A DNA stretch of 63,703 nt, the filler included, from Reclinomonas americana ATCC 50394 (Eukaryota): NCBI GenBank assembly GCA_048213135.1. It is 16 parts of 16 records of this genome, joined end to end, with 100 filler letters (N's around TTAATTAATTAA, not from the genome) between each part and the next. Parts side by side here need not be neighbours in the genome. Positions count along the whole stretch, not along the records: positions 42,742 to 56,985 come from AFZH01020515.1; positions 57,086 to 59,042 come from AFZH01020516.1; positions 59,143 to 60,320 come from AFZH01020517.1; positions 60,421 to 62,071 come from AFZH01020518.1; positions 62,172 to 63,703 come from AFZH01020520.1; 11 more parts are not named here. One strand, written 5' to 3'. The position numbers were made by a program, and so were the translations under genes. Under the pieces are notes generated by a model. The model saw nothing but the letters and a program-made list of their open reading frames with translations, made no database searches and was not told the origin of the DNA. Shown one piece after another: positions 51,054 to 62,772 of the stretch. The first letter of the stretch is position 1, and every line of letters begins with the position of its first letter.

Positions 51054-54000
51054 ATGCTTCCGCTCTACACCAACGGAGGCGGCGGTGGCGGTGGCGGCAG
51101 TGGAGGCAGTGGCAATGGCACTGCTCTCAGCAGTGCTAATGGTGGCGGTGGCAGCACAGCTCTCAACGGCGGCGGCACCATCTCCGCACGCCCCACCATT
51201 GCTGCGTCGACTCCTCTCCTGCTCAACGGAAGCACCACGCACCTCGACGAGGACAGCGACGGAAAGAACAAGGGTGGTGCGTTGGGGGTGTATGTGCAAG
51301 TGGGGAGTGAGTGTCGCGCTGGTCAACTGACTGTGTGTGTGTGTGACACAGGTCGATTCAGTCTCGGTCTGCTGCTGATTCGCTTGAAGAGCTACGGCAC
51401 CGGCACGAAGATTGCTCTTGCACTGCTCTTGTTCCTGTTGGTGGTGCTGGTGGTGGCGAGTATGTCGTCGTCGCCCTCGTCGCCAGCGACACGCGTTGGT
51501 CTGTGATCTTTTGCGTGCACTCTCTCACTGCACAGTGGGGCTCACGGAACCGTGCAGCAGGTGACATGAACACAGTGGACGATGACGAGTCGGCAGGGTC
51601 ACGGCATGGTCGCCGGCGACGAGTGCGTATCTGTTTGGTGTGCATTGTGTTCTCTGCCCTCCACCTCATTTTTGTTTTCCAACAGCAGCCACCATCACCG
51701 CCGCCTCCGCCGACACGTCGTCGCCCTCGACCGGAACCCGTGACCTCGCTGGAAGAGGAGGAGGAGTACGCAGACGAAAACGACGACTACTACGATGTGG
51801 ACGAGGACGGGTATGCAGACGATGATGGTGCGGAGGAGGATGAGGAGGAAGAGGGCGTTGTTGATGATGGCGAGGAGGGCGACGATGCTGTTGATGACAG
51901 TGAGCCGACGCCCAAAGTGGAGAAGCAGTTGCGTGGCATGCGGAATGTTTACTTGTTCCGACGACTGCCGACTGACGATTCGAATCGGTAGGCCACGGAA
52001 ACGGCGACAGCAGCCCCCTGCGTCCGCGCGCACACCACCGGCTGACGCAGTGGACACATTCTCTGTCGACCCTGATCATGTGATGTTGCGTGAGTGCGGC
52101 GGCAGTTGGCTGGCGGCGGCAGTGAGAGTCGTGTTTGGACATGCTGAAAAAAAAAACTCGACAGGGACGACAACGAGCGAGTGAAGCCAGTGGACAAGGC
52201 TGCACGTCGGCGACGGAAGATTGGCACGCCGGGTCCGCCCAAGGACCGACTGAAGCCGGAAGCGGGCGACAGCGGGAGCGACAAGTCTAGTGCGAAACCG
52301 GAGGAGAATCCCGATGATTTGGTACCGCGGCCTCCCGACATGCCCTCCGGTGACGGTGGTGTGCCTGCTGCCGTCCACATGTGTGTGCGTTTGTGCGTTT
52401 GCGTGTAGCTCACTGTGTGCGCCAACGATATGCAGGATCGCTTTTCGGCAAGATCTCGTCCATGTTTGGCGGTGCCAACGGCAAGAGCGATGCGAGCGAA
52501 TGGGCCGGCAAGGGCAATCGCAGTCAGACGTACAACTCCAAGAACGGTGACACACAAAAGATGCAGGCTGTCAAGGACGTGCGTCTCACTTCCGCCGTCA
52601 CCGTGGTTTTCCCCGTTTCTCTCGCTCAATCCGTGCACGCCTCCTGTTTTTTTTTGCTCCGGGGGGACGCAGGCCTTCATTCATGCCTACGAGGGCTACA
52701 AGATGTACGCGTGGGGCCACGACGAGTTCAAGCCGCAGTCTCGCACGTTCCACGACTGGTGAGCACTGTCTGCACGCCAGCAGTACTGCGCGCGCCGGCT
52801 TTAACGCGTATGAGTGCAGGATTCCCGGTGGCGTTGCGCTGACGGTGCTCGACTCGCTCGACACCATGTGGATCATGGGTCTCAAGAACGACTTCAAGGC
52901 CGGCGTGGAGTGGATTCGGCAAAACCTCTCGTTCGACGTGAACGGAGGCATCTCGCTGTTCGAGACCACCATTCGCGTGGTTGGCGGCCTGGTCAGTGCG
53001 TACGATCTGAGCGGCGAGCGCATCCTGCTCGACAAGGCCAAGGATTGTGCCGATCGCCTTTTGCGCGGCTTCACTTCGTCGAGCGGACTGCCGTTCACCA
53101 CCGTGAATCTCATGACGTGAGTCGTCGCACGAACACCACACCAACCAGCTCGTGTCTGTTCTCATCTATGATTGTGCAGGGGTCAAGTGTCGGTGCCGTC
53201 GTGGACCGGTGGATCGGTGGTGCTTTCCGAGGTCGGCACTCTGCAGGTGGAGTTCAAGGCGCTGGCCGATCGCTTGGGCGACCCCACCTACGCGAATAAG
53301 GTGCTTGCTGAGAGTGGTGATTGAGTGACTCTGATTTGATGGTGACTCTCATCTCCGCACCACAGGTGACGACCATCATCGACGTGATTCGACGCAACCT
53401 GCCTCCCGACTCCATGGGCCTGGCGCCCATCTATCTCAATGTCGATTCCGGCCATTTCACCTCTTGTTGCGTGTGCGATTTGCGAGCTGCGGCTTTGATG
53501 ATTTCGTGTTTTTTGTTGACCGCGATGGCGTGTGGCGATGCGCAGCGCATGTCACATTTGGTGCCCTCGGCGACAGCTACTTTGAGTATCTGCTGAAGCA
53601 GTGGCTGCTGACGGCGCAGACGGAGGACACGTACCGTGAAATGTACGACCAGGCCATGGAGGGAGTGCATGCGGTTTGTCGCACGAGAGTGATTGTGTTT
53701 CGCCGACGCCTGCTTACACTTGCGTTTGTGTGCGTGTGTGCAGCGAATGCTCGACGTGTCGTCTCCCAGCGGCTTGGTGTACCTGGCCGAGCTGCAAGGC
53801 ACCTTCAAGTCGCCCAAGATGGACCACCTCGTGTGCTTTGCCGGTGGTATGCTGGCTCTTGGTGCTCGCGGTCCGCGTGCCAAGAAGGACTTGGAGGCGG
53901 CCAAGGGCATCACTCGCACATGCTACGAGTCGTATCACCGCATGGCAAGCGGCCTCGGCCCGGAGGTGATGAACTTTGCTCCGGGGCAGGATCTGTACGC

Positions 54001-54493
54001 AGGCGCTCGGTACTACATTCTCCGACCAGGTTTCGTGTGACACCTGCTTTCCCGCTTTGCTGCCGCTGCTGAACACAATGTGTATGGCACACAGAGACGG
54101 TGGAGAGTCTGTTCGTGTTGTGGCGGCTGACGCACGACCCAATCTATCGCGAGTGGGGCTGGGAGATTTTCCAGGCCATCCGCAAGCACTGCGAAGTGCA
54201 GGGCGGTGGCTACGCTGGCGTGTTCGACGTGACAGTGGGCGAGACGCAGCAGGACGATCTCATGCAGAGTTTCTTCCTGGCCGAAACCCTCAAGTACTTG
54301 TACCTGCTCTTTGCACCCGACGATGTCATTCCGCTCGACGAGGTGCGTCATTATTTTGTTCTTGTCTCGGGGAAGATGGTCGCTCACCGACCGTTGTTTG
54401 TGTTGACAGTGGGTGTTCAATACGGAAGCACATCCAATCCGCGTCTTCAGACCTGGCAAGGACGCGCCATGGCTGAGGGGCTTCAAGGAGTAG
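51054..54493 (+). CDS. Class I alpha-1,2-mannosidase (GH47), type II membrane protein
   Basis: TM anchor; [89 protein letters not shown]. Confidence 0.96.
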
Positions 54494-54861
54494 ATATCAT
54501 AGTGAAGGCGATTTTTGTTTGTCCCTCACAGTTTGTTCGTCTTTTGTTGGAGAGAGGAGGAGAAAATATGACAGCGGTGAGTGACGTGCGCACACAATCG
54601 CAGAGTCTGCTCTCCCCGCGCGCAACATCGACAGAAGCGACTGACAGAGAGGGAGAGAGGCGATCAGTGAGCGATTGTGTGCCTTCGCGCCACTATTCAC
54701 AACAACCGTTATGATCTCTGCTGATTACATACACACTCTCTTCGTCTCTTGCTCAGCGTGCGGCCACTGATCAAGAGCGACACGTCCTCGAGCGATGTCG
54801 TCAACTGAAGCGGTACGCACGCCTTTTGCACTGAGAGCGCGCGCACGCGTCTCCTTACAAT

Positions 54862-56469
54862 ATGATCAGTGGAGTTGGCGGTGTGGCTCCGTGGATGGAC
54901 ACACTGGAGGCGATGCTGATCGGCGCCAGTGGATCAGTGACAATGGAGAGCGATGAGCCGGCACGCAAGCGACAACGGGTGATGGAGGCGACCGATGCCG
55001 CGATGCGAGACTGCCAGCTGTTGTTGCGTTCTCTCCGAGCGCGCATGGGGAGGTTTGCCTCGTCTGATCGCGCGTCACAGTGAGCTGAACGAGCAGGCAA
55101 CGCGCGTGGCGTTGATCCGCCAGCGTCTGCTCGATCGAGTGGCTGCGGAGGAGCAGGTGCGGGCGATCGGTCGCCAGCTGCTCTTCTCTGCTGATCGTCT
55201 CTCACTGCTACGTGTGTGACGCAGCGAGTGGAGGAAGCGAGCCGACGAGAGGCCGCGGTGAGAACAGCACGCGGGCAAGAGTTGCGGCTTGAGTGCGTGT
55301 GTGTGTCTACTTGATAGATGCCTGCGACTGACGCCGACAGATCGCAGTGAAACACTGCGCGCACTGCAGAGCGAGATTGCGGCACTCGAGGTGGAGGCCG
55401 AAGAGCAGCAGAGACGAGTTGCGCGAGTTGAGGAGTCGTGTGTCGTGCGCGAGACAACTGACGATTGTCTTCTTCCAGGTGGCGGCGCTGGAGGCCGAGC
55501 AGGAGGCGAGACGTGCAGCTGCGGCGGAGGAAGCAGCGAACCGACTGCACCTGGAGCAGCTGGCGCGAACACTGCTGGAGAAGACTGCGGCGCTCAAGAG
55601 CGCCCGCGATGAGCTCGCACTTCTGCAGCGTGACTTGCAGGATGCACGTTGCGTGTGATCGTCCACATGCATGCCAGCAAGTTCACGTGCTGATCCACAT
55701 CGTGGCAAGCACAGGGTCGGTGCTGCAGACGCTGAGGGCGACTACAATGGACTCCTGCTCCTCCTCCTCCTCCTCCTCCTCGTCCTCCTCCTCGAGCACC
55801 ATCACGGCAGCGCCGACGGCGGCCGAGGCCGAGCTGCGAATGTTGCGTGCCGAGTGCGACGCCCTGCAGCGCGAGATGCGTCGCCGGGAGGAGCTCGGCG
55901 AGAGTGCACCGCTCTCCAGTGTGGCCGAGGCACTGCAACAGGAGGTCGCCACTCACGAGCAAACCACTGCCCGTCTGCAACAGCACGGTGCGGCGCTCGT
56001 CGACTCGGTGGCAGAGTGGCGCGAGGTGACCGAGCGACTGCTGCGCTTGCCCCACATGTCCACCCGCAGTGCCACTCTGGCCGCCTTTTGCCGCGTGCGT
56101 CAGACGAGTGATCACCGCCTCCCGCTGACCGACCTCAAGCTCTTTGTTGCGTGGCGCCGAGATGCACAGGAAGAAACGCATAGAAACTGATCGCGATTTG
56201 CTGCAGTTGCACTCGGAGCTGCATCTCGGAGTCAAGGAGCAACTCGACGCCATATCCTCGTGTGTCGAAGACGGATTCGTCCGTGTAGACAACGGAGCTG
56301 TGTGCGCTTTGTTTTGACAGGGGATCCAAATGTAGACCCCGATTCGGAGTGCCCACTCCGACCGATCAAAGTCCTTCACATTGTCCATCAAGCCACAGGT
56401 GAGCACTGGCGTGCCTGGAAGTCAGTGAGAAGGAGACAGCTTGTGTGCGTGCGTGTGCGTGGAGTGTGA
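54862..56469 (+). CDS. Long coiled-coil protein with an N-terminal NLS (weak MAD1-like KVLH motif near the C-terminus)
   Basis: EPARKRQR, heptad-rich exons joined by GT-AG introns, IKVLHI near the end; family call weak. Confidence 0.5.
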
Positions 56470-56694
56470 AGGGGGGGACGAGGGGATAAGCGGGTTGTGG
56501 CAAAAGGCGCGAGTGCGAGTGAGCGCGCATGTGCATCTCACATCCACACCTCCACGCGCCCTTCCCCCGCCAGCCAGTGTGGCGTGTGCGATTGTAGTGG
56601 GAGGAGAAGAGGAAGGGGAAGAAGAAGGGAGAGATGGAAAGCATGAGCGGCGACAGGGTTGTTGACTGTGTGCTTGTTTGCTTCACTCACAGCC

Positions 56695-56936
56695 ATGGCT
56701 CGTCGCCCCGCCCGCTGCTACCGCTGTTGCGTTCACTGCTTGAGAGGCGTGCATGTGTTATGTGATGGCTTACCTCTCTGTCCATTGCTGCTGCGCAGAC
56801 TGCAAGAACCGGCGTGCGTAATCCCTTTTGGTGCAGCACTGGGCAAAGAGAGACATGATTCCTGATTGTGATTGTGTGTGTGTGTGTTTCTAATTTACAG
56901 CGTACATCAAGTCTCGGTACTGCCGTGGTGTGCCCG
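56695..56936 (+). CDS. RPL10: 60S ribosomal protein L10 (uL16), first three exons; remainder lost in gap
   Basis: Exons 56695-56725, 56799-56813 (15 nt) and 56901-56936 give [27 protein letters not shown]. Confidence 0.95.
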
Positions 56937-57085
56937 GTGAGTGAACGATGAGCGAGAGAGGGGGGGAGAGCACAACGGTGTGGGCNNNNNNNNNNNNNNN
57001 NNNNNNNNNNNNNNNNNNNNNNNNNNNNNTTAATTAATTAANNNNNNNNNNNNNNNNNNNNNNNNNNNNNNNNNNNNNNNNNNNN

Positions 57086-57830
57086 AATGTGTGATCCCTA
57101 ACGAAATCACCCGCAGAATAAAGAACAAGAATACCGACGGGTAGAGGTGGGATTCCTGCCGCCAAGGGGTGCATTAATGTGTGCGTGTGCATGCGCGCTG
57201 CGGTGGAGTGTGCACGCAAGCAAAAGGATCACCTGACACCCAACACCCGTGCTGCCCAAAGCAACGATGTGAAGAGAGATGGAGAGAGAGGGAGGAGATG
57301 TAGTAAGAGAGAGAGAGAGAGAGAGATGTAGATAGAGAGAGTGAGAGTGAGAGGATGAGGATGAGAAGAAAGGGAAACAGTGACTGATGATGATGATGAC
57401 CGAGGACAACAGGAATCATCACCACAAACAACTTGCCTTCGGCCCATTCGACACAGCCATTGGCATGAATGTCGGCCGAGCGAGTGGTGGCTGGCTTGTT
57501 GCCGGCGACTTTGACTTTGGTGAAGACGCGACCGCTTCCCGCCGCGTAGGTGATGTCGCGCAACCGCATCACCGTCAGCCCTGAGAGAAAGAGCAAAGAG
57601 AGAAAGGAGAGAGAGGACAAAGAGAGTGAGAACAACGGGCGCTGTATAGTCGAGCGTGTGGGCGTGTGTGTGAACAGAGAAGAGGGAAGGGAGAGAGAGA
57701 GACGACCGTTGCGATCGTGCCACGTGTGTGTGCGGGAGAGGGTGTGTGAGGAGACGAACCGACGAGGAACTTGAGTGGCTTGAGGCGTCGCCGTTTCCAC
57801 GGCAGCCACGACAACATGAGCACCTGGCTG
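57086..57830 (-). CDS. Hypothetical spliced gene fragment
   Basis: GC-rich exon-like block at about 57410-57580 flanked by pyrimidine-rich (TC)n intron-like tracts; frame and family unresolved. Confidence 0.3.
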
Positions 57831-58739
57831 CGCGCGCGAAGGGAATAGTGTAATCGGGGATAGGACCGTCGGTCGGTTAACGTTGTCTGTCCGACAAATA
57901 TGGAAAGCAGGAATGGCGGGAAAACCAGTCAGCAACGGTCGTCAAACAAAGCAAAACATGAACAAAGCACCAGAGAACAACAAAGGAGAGAGAAGAGAGA
58001 GAGAGTTGCTCTGCCCGTTCCCAAGCTCACCTTTCGCCTGCAGTCGTACAGTGCGTCGAACAAGAAACAACACGATTGAGCACACTTGAGTATCGGACGT
58101 CAAACTCGGAGACAGAGATCGTGGCCGCGCAACTATTTTTCCTATGAAAGAGAAACAGAGAGCACGTGAGTCACATGATACTGTATCAAAACGTCAAACC
58201 CCACGAAGACGTACATAAGTCTGGAGACACTTCGTGGTAAAAACCCTGCACGAGAAATTTCAGTGCAGGGCGGTCAACGCTCGCACGCGACCTTGACTTT
58301 TCGCCGCCAGTGTGTGACAGTCGGAACAAAACCCGCAGGCGAGGACTCGTGCTCGGCACTTGCTGCATGCAAGAGGATCGAGTGGGAGGGAAAAACAAAG
58401 GACAACACAGATCATCAATTCAGCATTGACAACGTACAGCGAAACACACACAACCACTCACCAAAGTGCCGGCCGGCCACTGCCGCTGCGTCACAAAAGT
58501 AAAACACACCGGCGTCGACGATTACTACCCCGAAAAGGCCGCCCTGCTCAAGGGAGCAGAGAGACGTCCGGAACAGCAGTGTCATAAAACCCAAACCCAT
58601 TACAAGCGAAAGAAGGACACCGAGCACCACTCAAAAAGCAAACATAAAAGCTGGTGGTGCCACGGGGAGACTCACGTCGCACTTGCCACAGAAAACAATC
58701 AGGAGAGCAAGAGCATGTGCGGAAAGAGTCCAAGGCAAT

Positions 58740-58761
58740 CAAACACACGCAAACACACCCA

Positions 58762-58797
<36 letters not shown>

Positions 58798-59000
58798 AAC
58801 AACAACAGAACCACATCCACCAACACAGCCACAAAATCACCAACAGAACCACACATCCACAAATCGCCAAAAGAACCACACACCCACCAACACAGCCACA
58901 AAATCACCAACAGAAGTATCAAACCCACCACCAACACAGCCACAAACACACACCAATCAAACAACCCAACAAAACAACAAAACAACAAACACAAAACAAG

Positions 59001-59038
<38 letters not shown>

Positions 59039-59042
59039 GAGA
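58740..59042. repeat. CA-rich minisatellite plus (CA)n/(GA)n microsatellites
   Basis: ccaccaacacagccacaaa recurs three times (near 58818, 58884 and 58928), flanked by (CA)n and (GA)n runs. Confidence 0.85.
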
Positions 59043-59185
59043 NNNNNNNNNNNNNNNNNNNNNNNNNNNNNNNNNNNNNNNNNNNNTTAATTAATTAANN
59101 NNNNNNNNNNNNNNNNNNNNNNNNNNNNNNNNNNNNNNNNNNCAGGCCCGCATCACGTCGCCATCCATCACACCCGCAACAACAT

Positions 59186-60320
59186 CTACCTCGTGTGTCG
59201 TTGCTTCGGCCGCTTGTGTGGCGGTGCTCCTTCGTCGTTGGGATCAGAACGGTCGTGCTTTCCACCCTGGAGTGCCAATGCTGCCGGTGGCGGTGGAGGG
59301 GGAGAACTCATGGGGCCGTCCAGCATCTGATTCGCTGCTGCATCATCCCGCCGACTGCGCACACGAAGAGTGAGACGCAACGAATCATTCAGCATCGCAA
59401 GATGGCTCGACAGATAATAACTCACCCAGGTGACAGTTGTCGATCGGCGTCGCTCGGCAGAGGCCGCTGCGGCAGCTCCGGAGGCAAGGAGAAATCGAAA
59501 TCGAAATCGGGGAATGGTCGATCGACGTCGCCCAGCAGAGGCCGCTGCGGCAGCTCCGGAGGCAAGGAGAAATCGAAATCGAAATCGGGGAATGGTCGAT
59601 CGACGTCGCCCAGCAGAGGCCGCTGCGGCAGCTCCGGAGGCAAGGAGAAATCAAGATCGGGGAGTGGAGGGAGCTTAAGCGAGGAATCAATCTCCATGGC
59701 GGCGCTCCCAGCTGCTGCGGGCGCCGGCGGTGATGATTCCGATGTACGCTCAATGGCGACACAAGCGATGTTCTTCGTGGAGGAATCATCGCGCGCCACT
59801 TCGACATCGAAGAGCGGGCAGGCCGTGTTCAAGCACTTCATCTTCTTGGCACCGCCAGGGGCCGGGAAAAATGGTTCGCCACAGCTGCACAGGCGAGTTG
59901 TGTGCGCCTCAGAGCACTCCACAATGACGATGGGGGCGATGCCCAACAGGGCGCGCTTCGCGTTGATCTTGTCAATCTGTGGAAAGAGTGAGTGATGATA
60001 GAGGGTTACTGACATAGGTAAATTCCATACTACCCCGCAGTAACCCCACACAAACACAAACAAGTTCTCTCTCTCCCCTCTCTCTCTTCTCTCTCTGTCT
60101 CTCTCTCTCTCTCATACACATACACAACGTACCGCTTGTCGCAGACGATTTGCGAATCGACCAAACGCGCCGAGAAGCAAAGAGTTGGTCGTACCAGAGG
60201 TGAGAACGCGAGTCCTCTCCTCGCAGGAGCCATCGTCGAACACTCGCAATGTGTGACGAGCCGCCATCGACTGTGTCGAGTCCGAGAAAGGTGGCAAGAC
60301 GATGCAAGTGAAATGGGTCA
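59186..60320 (-). CDS. Fanzor/TnpB-like (IS607/Fanzor2-type) RNA-guided RuvC nuclease, C-terminal half, two introns; N-terminus in gap
   Basis: Exons 60320-60133, 59976-59426 and 59354-59186 give THFTCIVLPPFSDSTQSM...VLTSGTTNSLLLGAFGRFANRLRQAIDK...IVIVECSEAHTTRLCSCG...KMKCLNTAC...VARDDSSTKNI, i.e. the RuvC-II region, ExxTS-type glutamate, Zn finger and RuvC-III RD..NI of TnpB/Fanzor. Confidence 0.8.
59438..59655. repeat. 78-bp tandem repeat (about 2.8 copies) inside the Fanzor-like ORF tail
   Basis: aggccgctgcggcagctccggaggcaaggagaaatc recurs at 59461, 59539 and 59617; it encodes DFSLPPELPQRPLLGDVDRPFPDFDF on the minus strand. Confidence 0.95.
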
Positions 60321-60420
60321 NNNNNNNNNNNNNNNNNNNNNNNNNNNNNNNNNNNNNNNNNNNNTTAATTAATTAANNNNNNNNNNNNNNNNNNNNNNNN
60401 NNNNNNNNNNNNNNNNNNNN

Positions 60421-61900
60421 GCCGACCGGGGCCGGCCGGCCGGGAGCCTTAGTTGGCCATGGTCGTGCCTTGCTCTTGGTAGGCGCAGGAGCGGGGGTCG
60501 TCTCGTTCTTCTCCTTCGGGAACATGGCACCGGAGAGAGTGCGATCCTCATTCTCTGCACGCAGCGAGCGGCAAAATGAGCCATGGCATTCCCGCAGCGG
60601 GCCCCGGGTGGTTGTCGTGGATCGATCACGCAACTTACGCTGTCGAGGGCGCGAAAAAGGCGGTCAGTGATGGCCACCAACGCAGTCTGCATGCGTTTGG
60701 CCTCTGTTGCGAAACCGGCGGCGGGGAGCCGTTGAATACGCGGTCGCCCAAACTCTGTGCGCGGAGTGTGAGATCAGAGTATGAGCAGAAAATCAAAATG
60801 CAAGGCACAACGCACCAGTCTGAACCAACAATGCATCGCCTATCACGTCCAAGAGAAGACGAAACGAGTTGTGAGCGCGTGTGAAAGCCGCCACTGCTTT
60901 GCGTACTCTAGCATGCTCCGCGATGCCGGGGATTGCACGCAAGAATTGTCCAATCGCGGCCTCGTGATCGAGCTCGTCGTCGCCGTCGTCGACGCCACCA
61001 TCTACGTAGCAGACAGCGAAAGCGAGGAAGAGAGCATTTCGCTGTGCGTTTCGCAGTAGTGCATCTACACAGGACAAGAGTTCATGAATTCAAGAACGCG
61101 CACTGATCAGGAGGGGGGAAAAAACAACACACCTCGCTCTGCTTGGTCGCCCGCTGAGAATGATCGCGAAGCAGCCGCAGTGCGGTTGCCACTGAGGACG
61201 CTGAACACTCCGCATCGCCCAGAACCTGCAAGCGTGTGGAGAGTGAGAGTGAGAATCAGAGATTGAGACTGCCACGTCGACTACACTCTCCCCTCCTCAT
61301 GCATGAGCTCACCGAGTCCGACCAACGTCGTGCGAAACTGAGCCAACGCATCGTCGATGTTGTCTGGTGTGCATTGTGGCTCTCGCGCAGCAGCAGCGGC
61401 CCCAGCCTGCGGCGGCGCACCGCTGTCCGTACCGTTGATATGCTTGCGTAGGGACACAACAAGCTGGTCGGTGGCATCCGTGGCAGCACTCCAGATCGCT
61501 GGTGAAAGCACAAAAGTCGACGGTGGAGTGAGAGTGAGAACAAACGAGGCAAATAAATAAAAAAAAACACCGTGCTATGCGACATACGCTTCTCCTCGCT
61601 CTTCAATTGCGAGAACACAGCCTTGGCTGCGAGCAACTTGGTCACCTTGTGCACTGCCTTTGCACAATAGTTGGTGCAAGTAAAGCACCGCTCCAAGACC
61701 TGCGACGATCGCGGCGTGAAGTTCGTAAGTCATTTAATTTGTCCCTCACTTGTCACAAACAAGGCAAACAAATCACACAAGGCCTTACGAGGCTGCAGCA
61801 GCTGACCATGGCGTGCTCTGACTTCTCCTGCTGCATGTCTCCCAGTGCATGTGCGCGTATCTTTTCACCCATTTCTTTGTGCGCGCTTGCGCATGCGTTC
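60421..61900 (-). CDS. Hypothetical multi-exon helical protein upstream of and co-oriented with the Fanzor-like fragment
   Basis: Spliced exons give ...RNALFLAFAVCYVDG...FRLLLDVIGDALLVQTEFGRPRIQRL...LFRALDSVKNEDRTL...; open into the gap at 60321-60420. Confidence 0.45.
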
Positions 61901-62560
61901 TCTGTTGTGTGTGCATGTGTGTGCCCCTCTTGATTCAAACAGTTCATCACTCCTGACAGGTTGTGTGGGAGTGTGTGCGTGAGACAGAGAGAGAGAGAGA
62001 GCAACGACAAAGAACGAGAAAGTTTGAAGACATTTCGAGCGTGCCATGTCCCAACCCCCCTCTTATGTCTCNNNNNNNNNNNNNNNNNNNNNNNNNNNNN
62101 NNNNNNNNNNNNNNNTTAATTAATTAANNNNNNNNNNNNNNNNNNNNNNNNNNNNNNNNNNNNNNNNNNNNCGCGGCCAGCTCTCTCAACTGCGCCTCTG
62201 AGAGGGCGGCGAAGGATCGTCGCCCGGCGAGAGCAGCCGAGGGAGAGAAAGAGAGGGCGCGGCGCAAGAGAAACATTGCAATGGAAATGGCCGGAAATGG
62301 AGGACAGTTGTTTTGTGGCTCGCGATCCTTGGCTTGTGTTGTTGGTGAGTTGCGCATGCTGTGTGCGAGGGGAGTAGAGGAACGGCATGCGTCGCGAGCT
62401 GAGAGCCTGCATGTTGCGTTGGAATGCAAAGTTCGGATTGCAGTGCCAATATAAAGGCGTGGCGCCGGCCGCGGCCAGGTGATGGTAGAAGCCGGTTGGG
62501 CACTTGTTCAAGGTTGAAGGTGCAACGAAGCCGACAGACGGCTGGTGCGCTCATACCTAT

Positions 62561-62772
62561 GAAATCGAATTCGATTTCGAATTCGCCATCGCCTGGATCC
62601 GGATGCATTTGCACAGGATTCGGCCATGCAGGAGGACAGGTTATCCAACGCAGTGAGGGCTGCAAGTACAGTGCAGGCGGCGAGTCCTTGGCGCTGCTGG
62701 TTTGACTGAATTCGGTGCTGATCGATCTGCATCCGGATCCAAACGCGTTCGGAATCGCAGTCGAATTCCGAA
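62561..62772. repeat. Cluster of palindromes and inverted repeats
   Basis: Perfect 18-bp palindrome GAAATCGAATTCGATTTC at 62561-62578; 13-bp inverted repeat 62595-62607 / 62728-62740; hairpin 62748-62755 / 62765-62772. Confidence 0.7.

Noticed and set aside
13200..54493. Possible stop-codon reassignment
   Set aside because: In-frame stops in conserved genes all fall inside introns; TAA, TAG and TGA are each used as terminators.
59438..59655. Tandem repeat as a CRISPR-like array
   Set aside because: Units are contiguous and near-identical with no unique spacers, and they preserve the reading frame.
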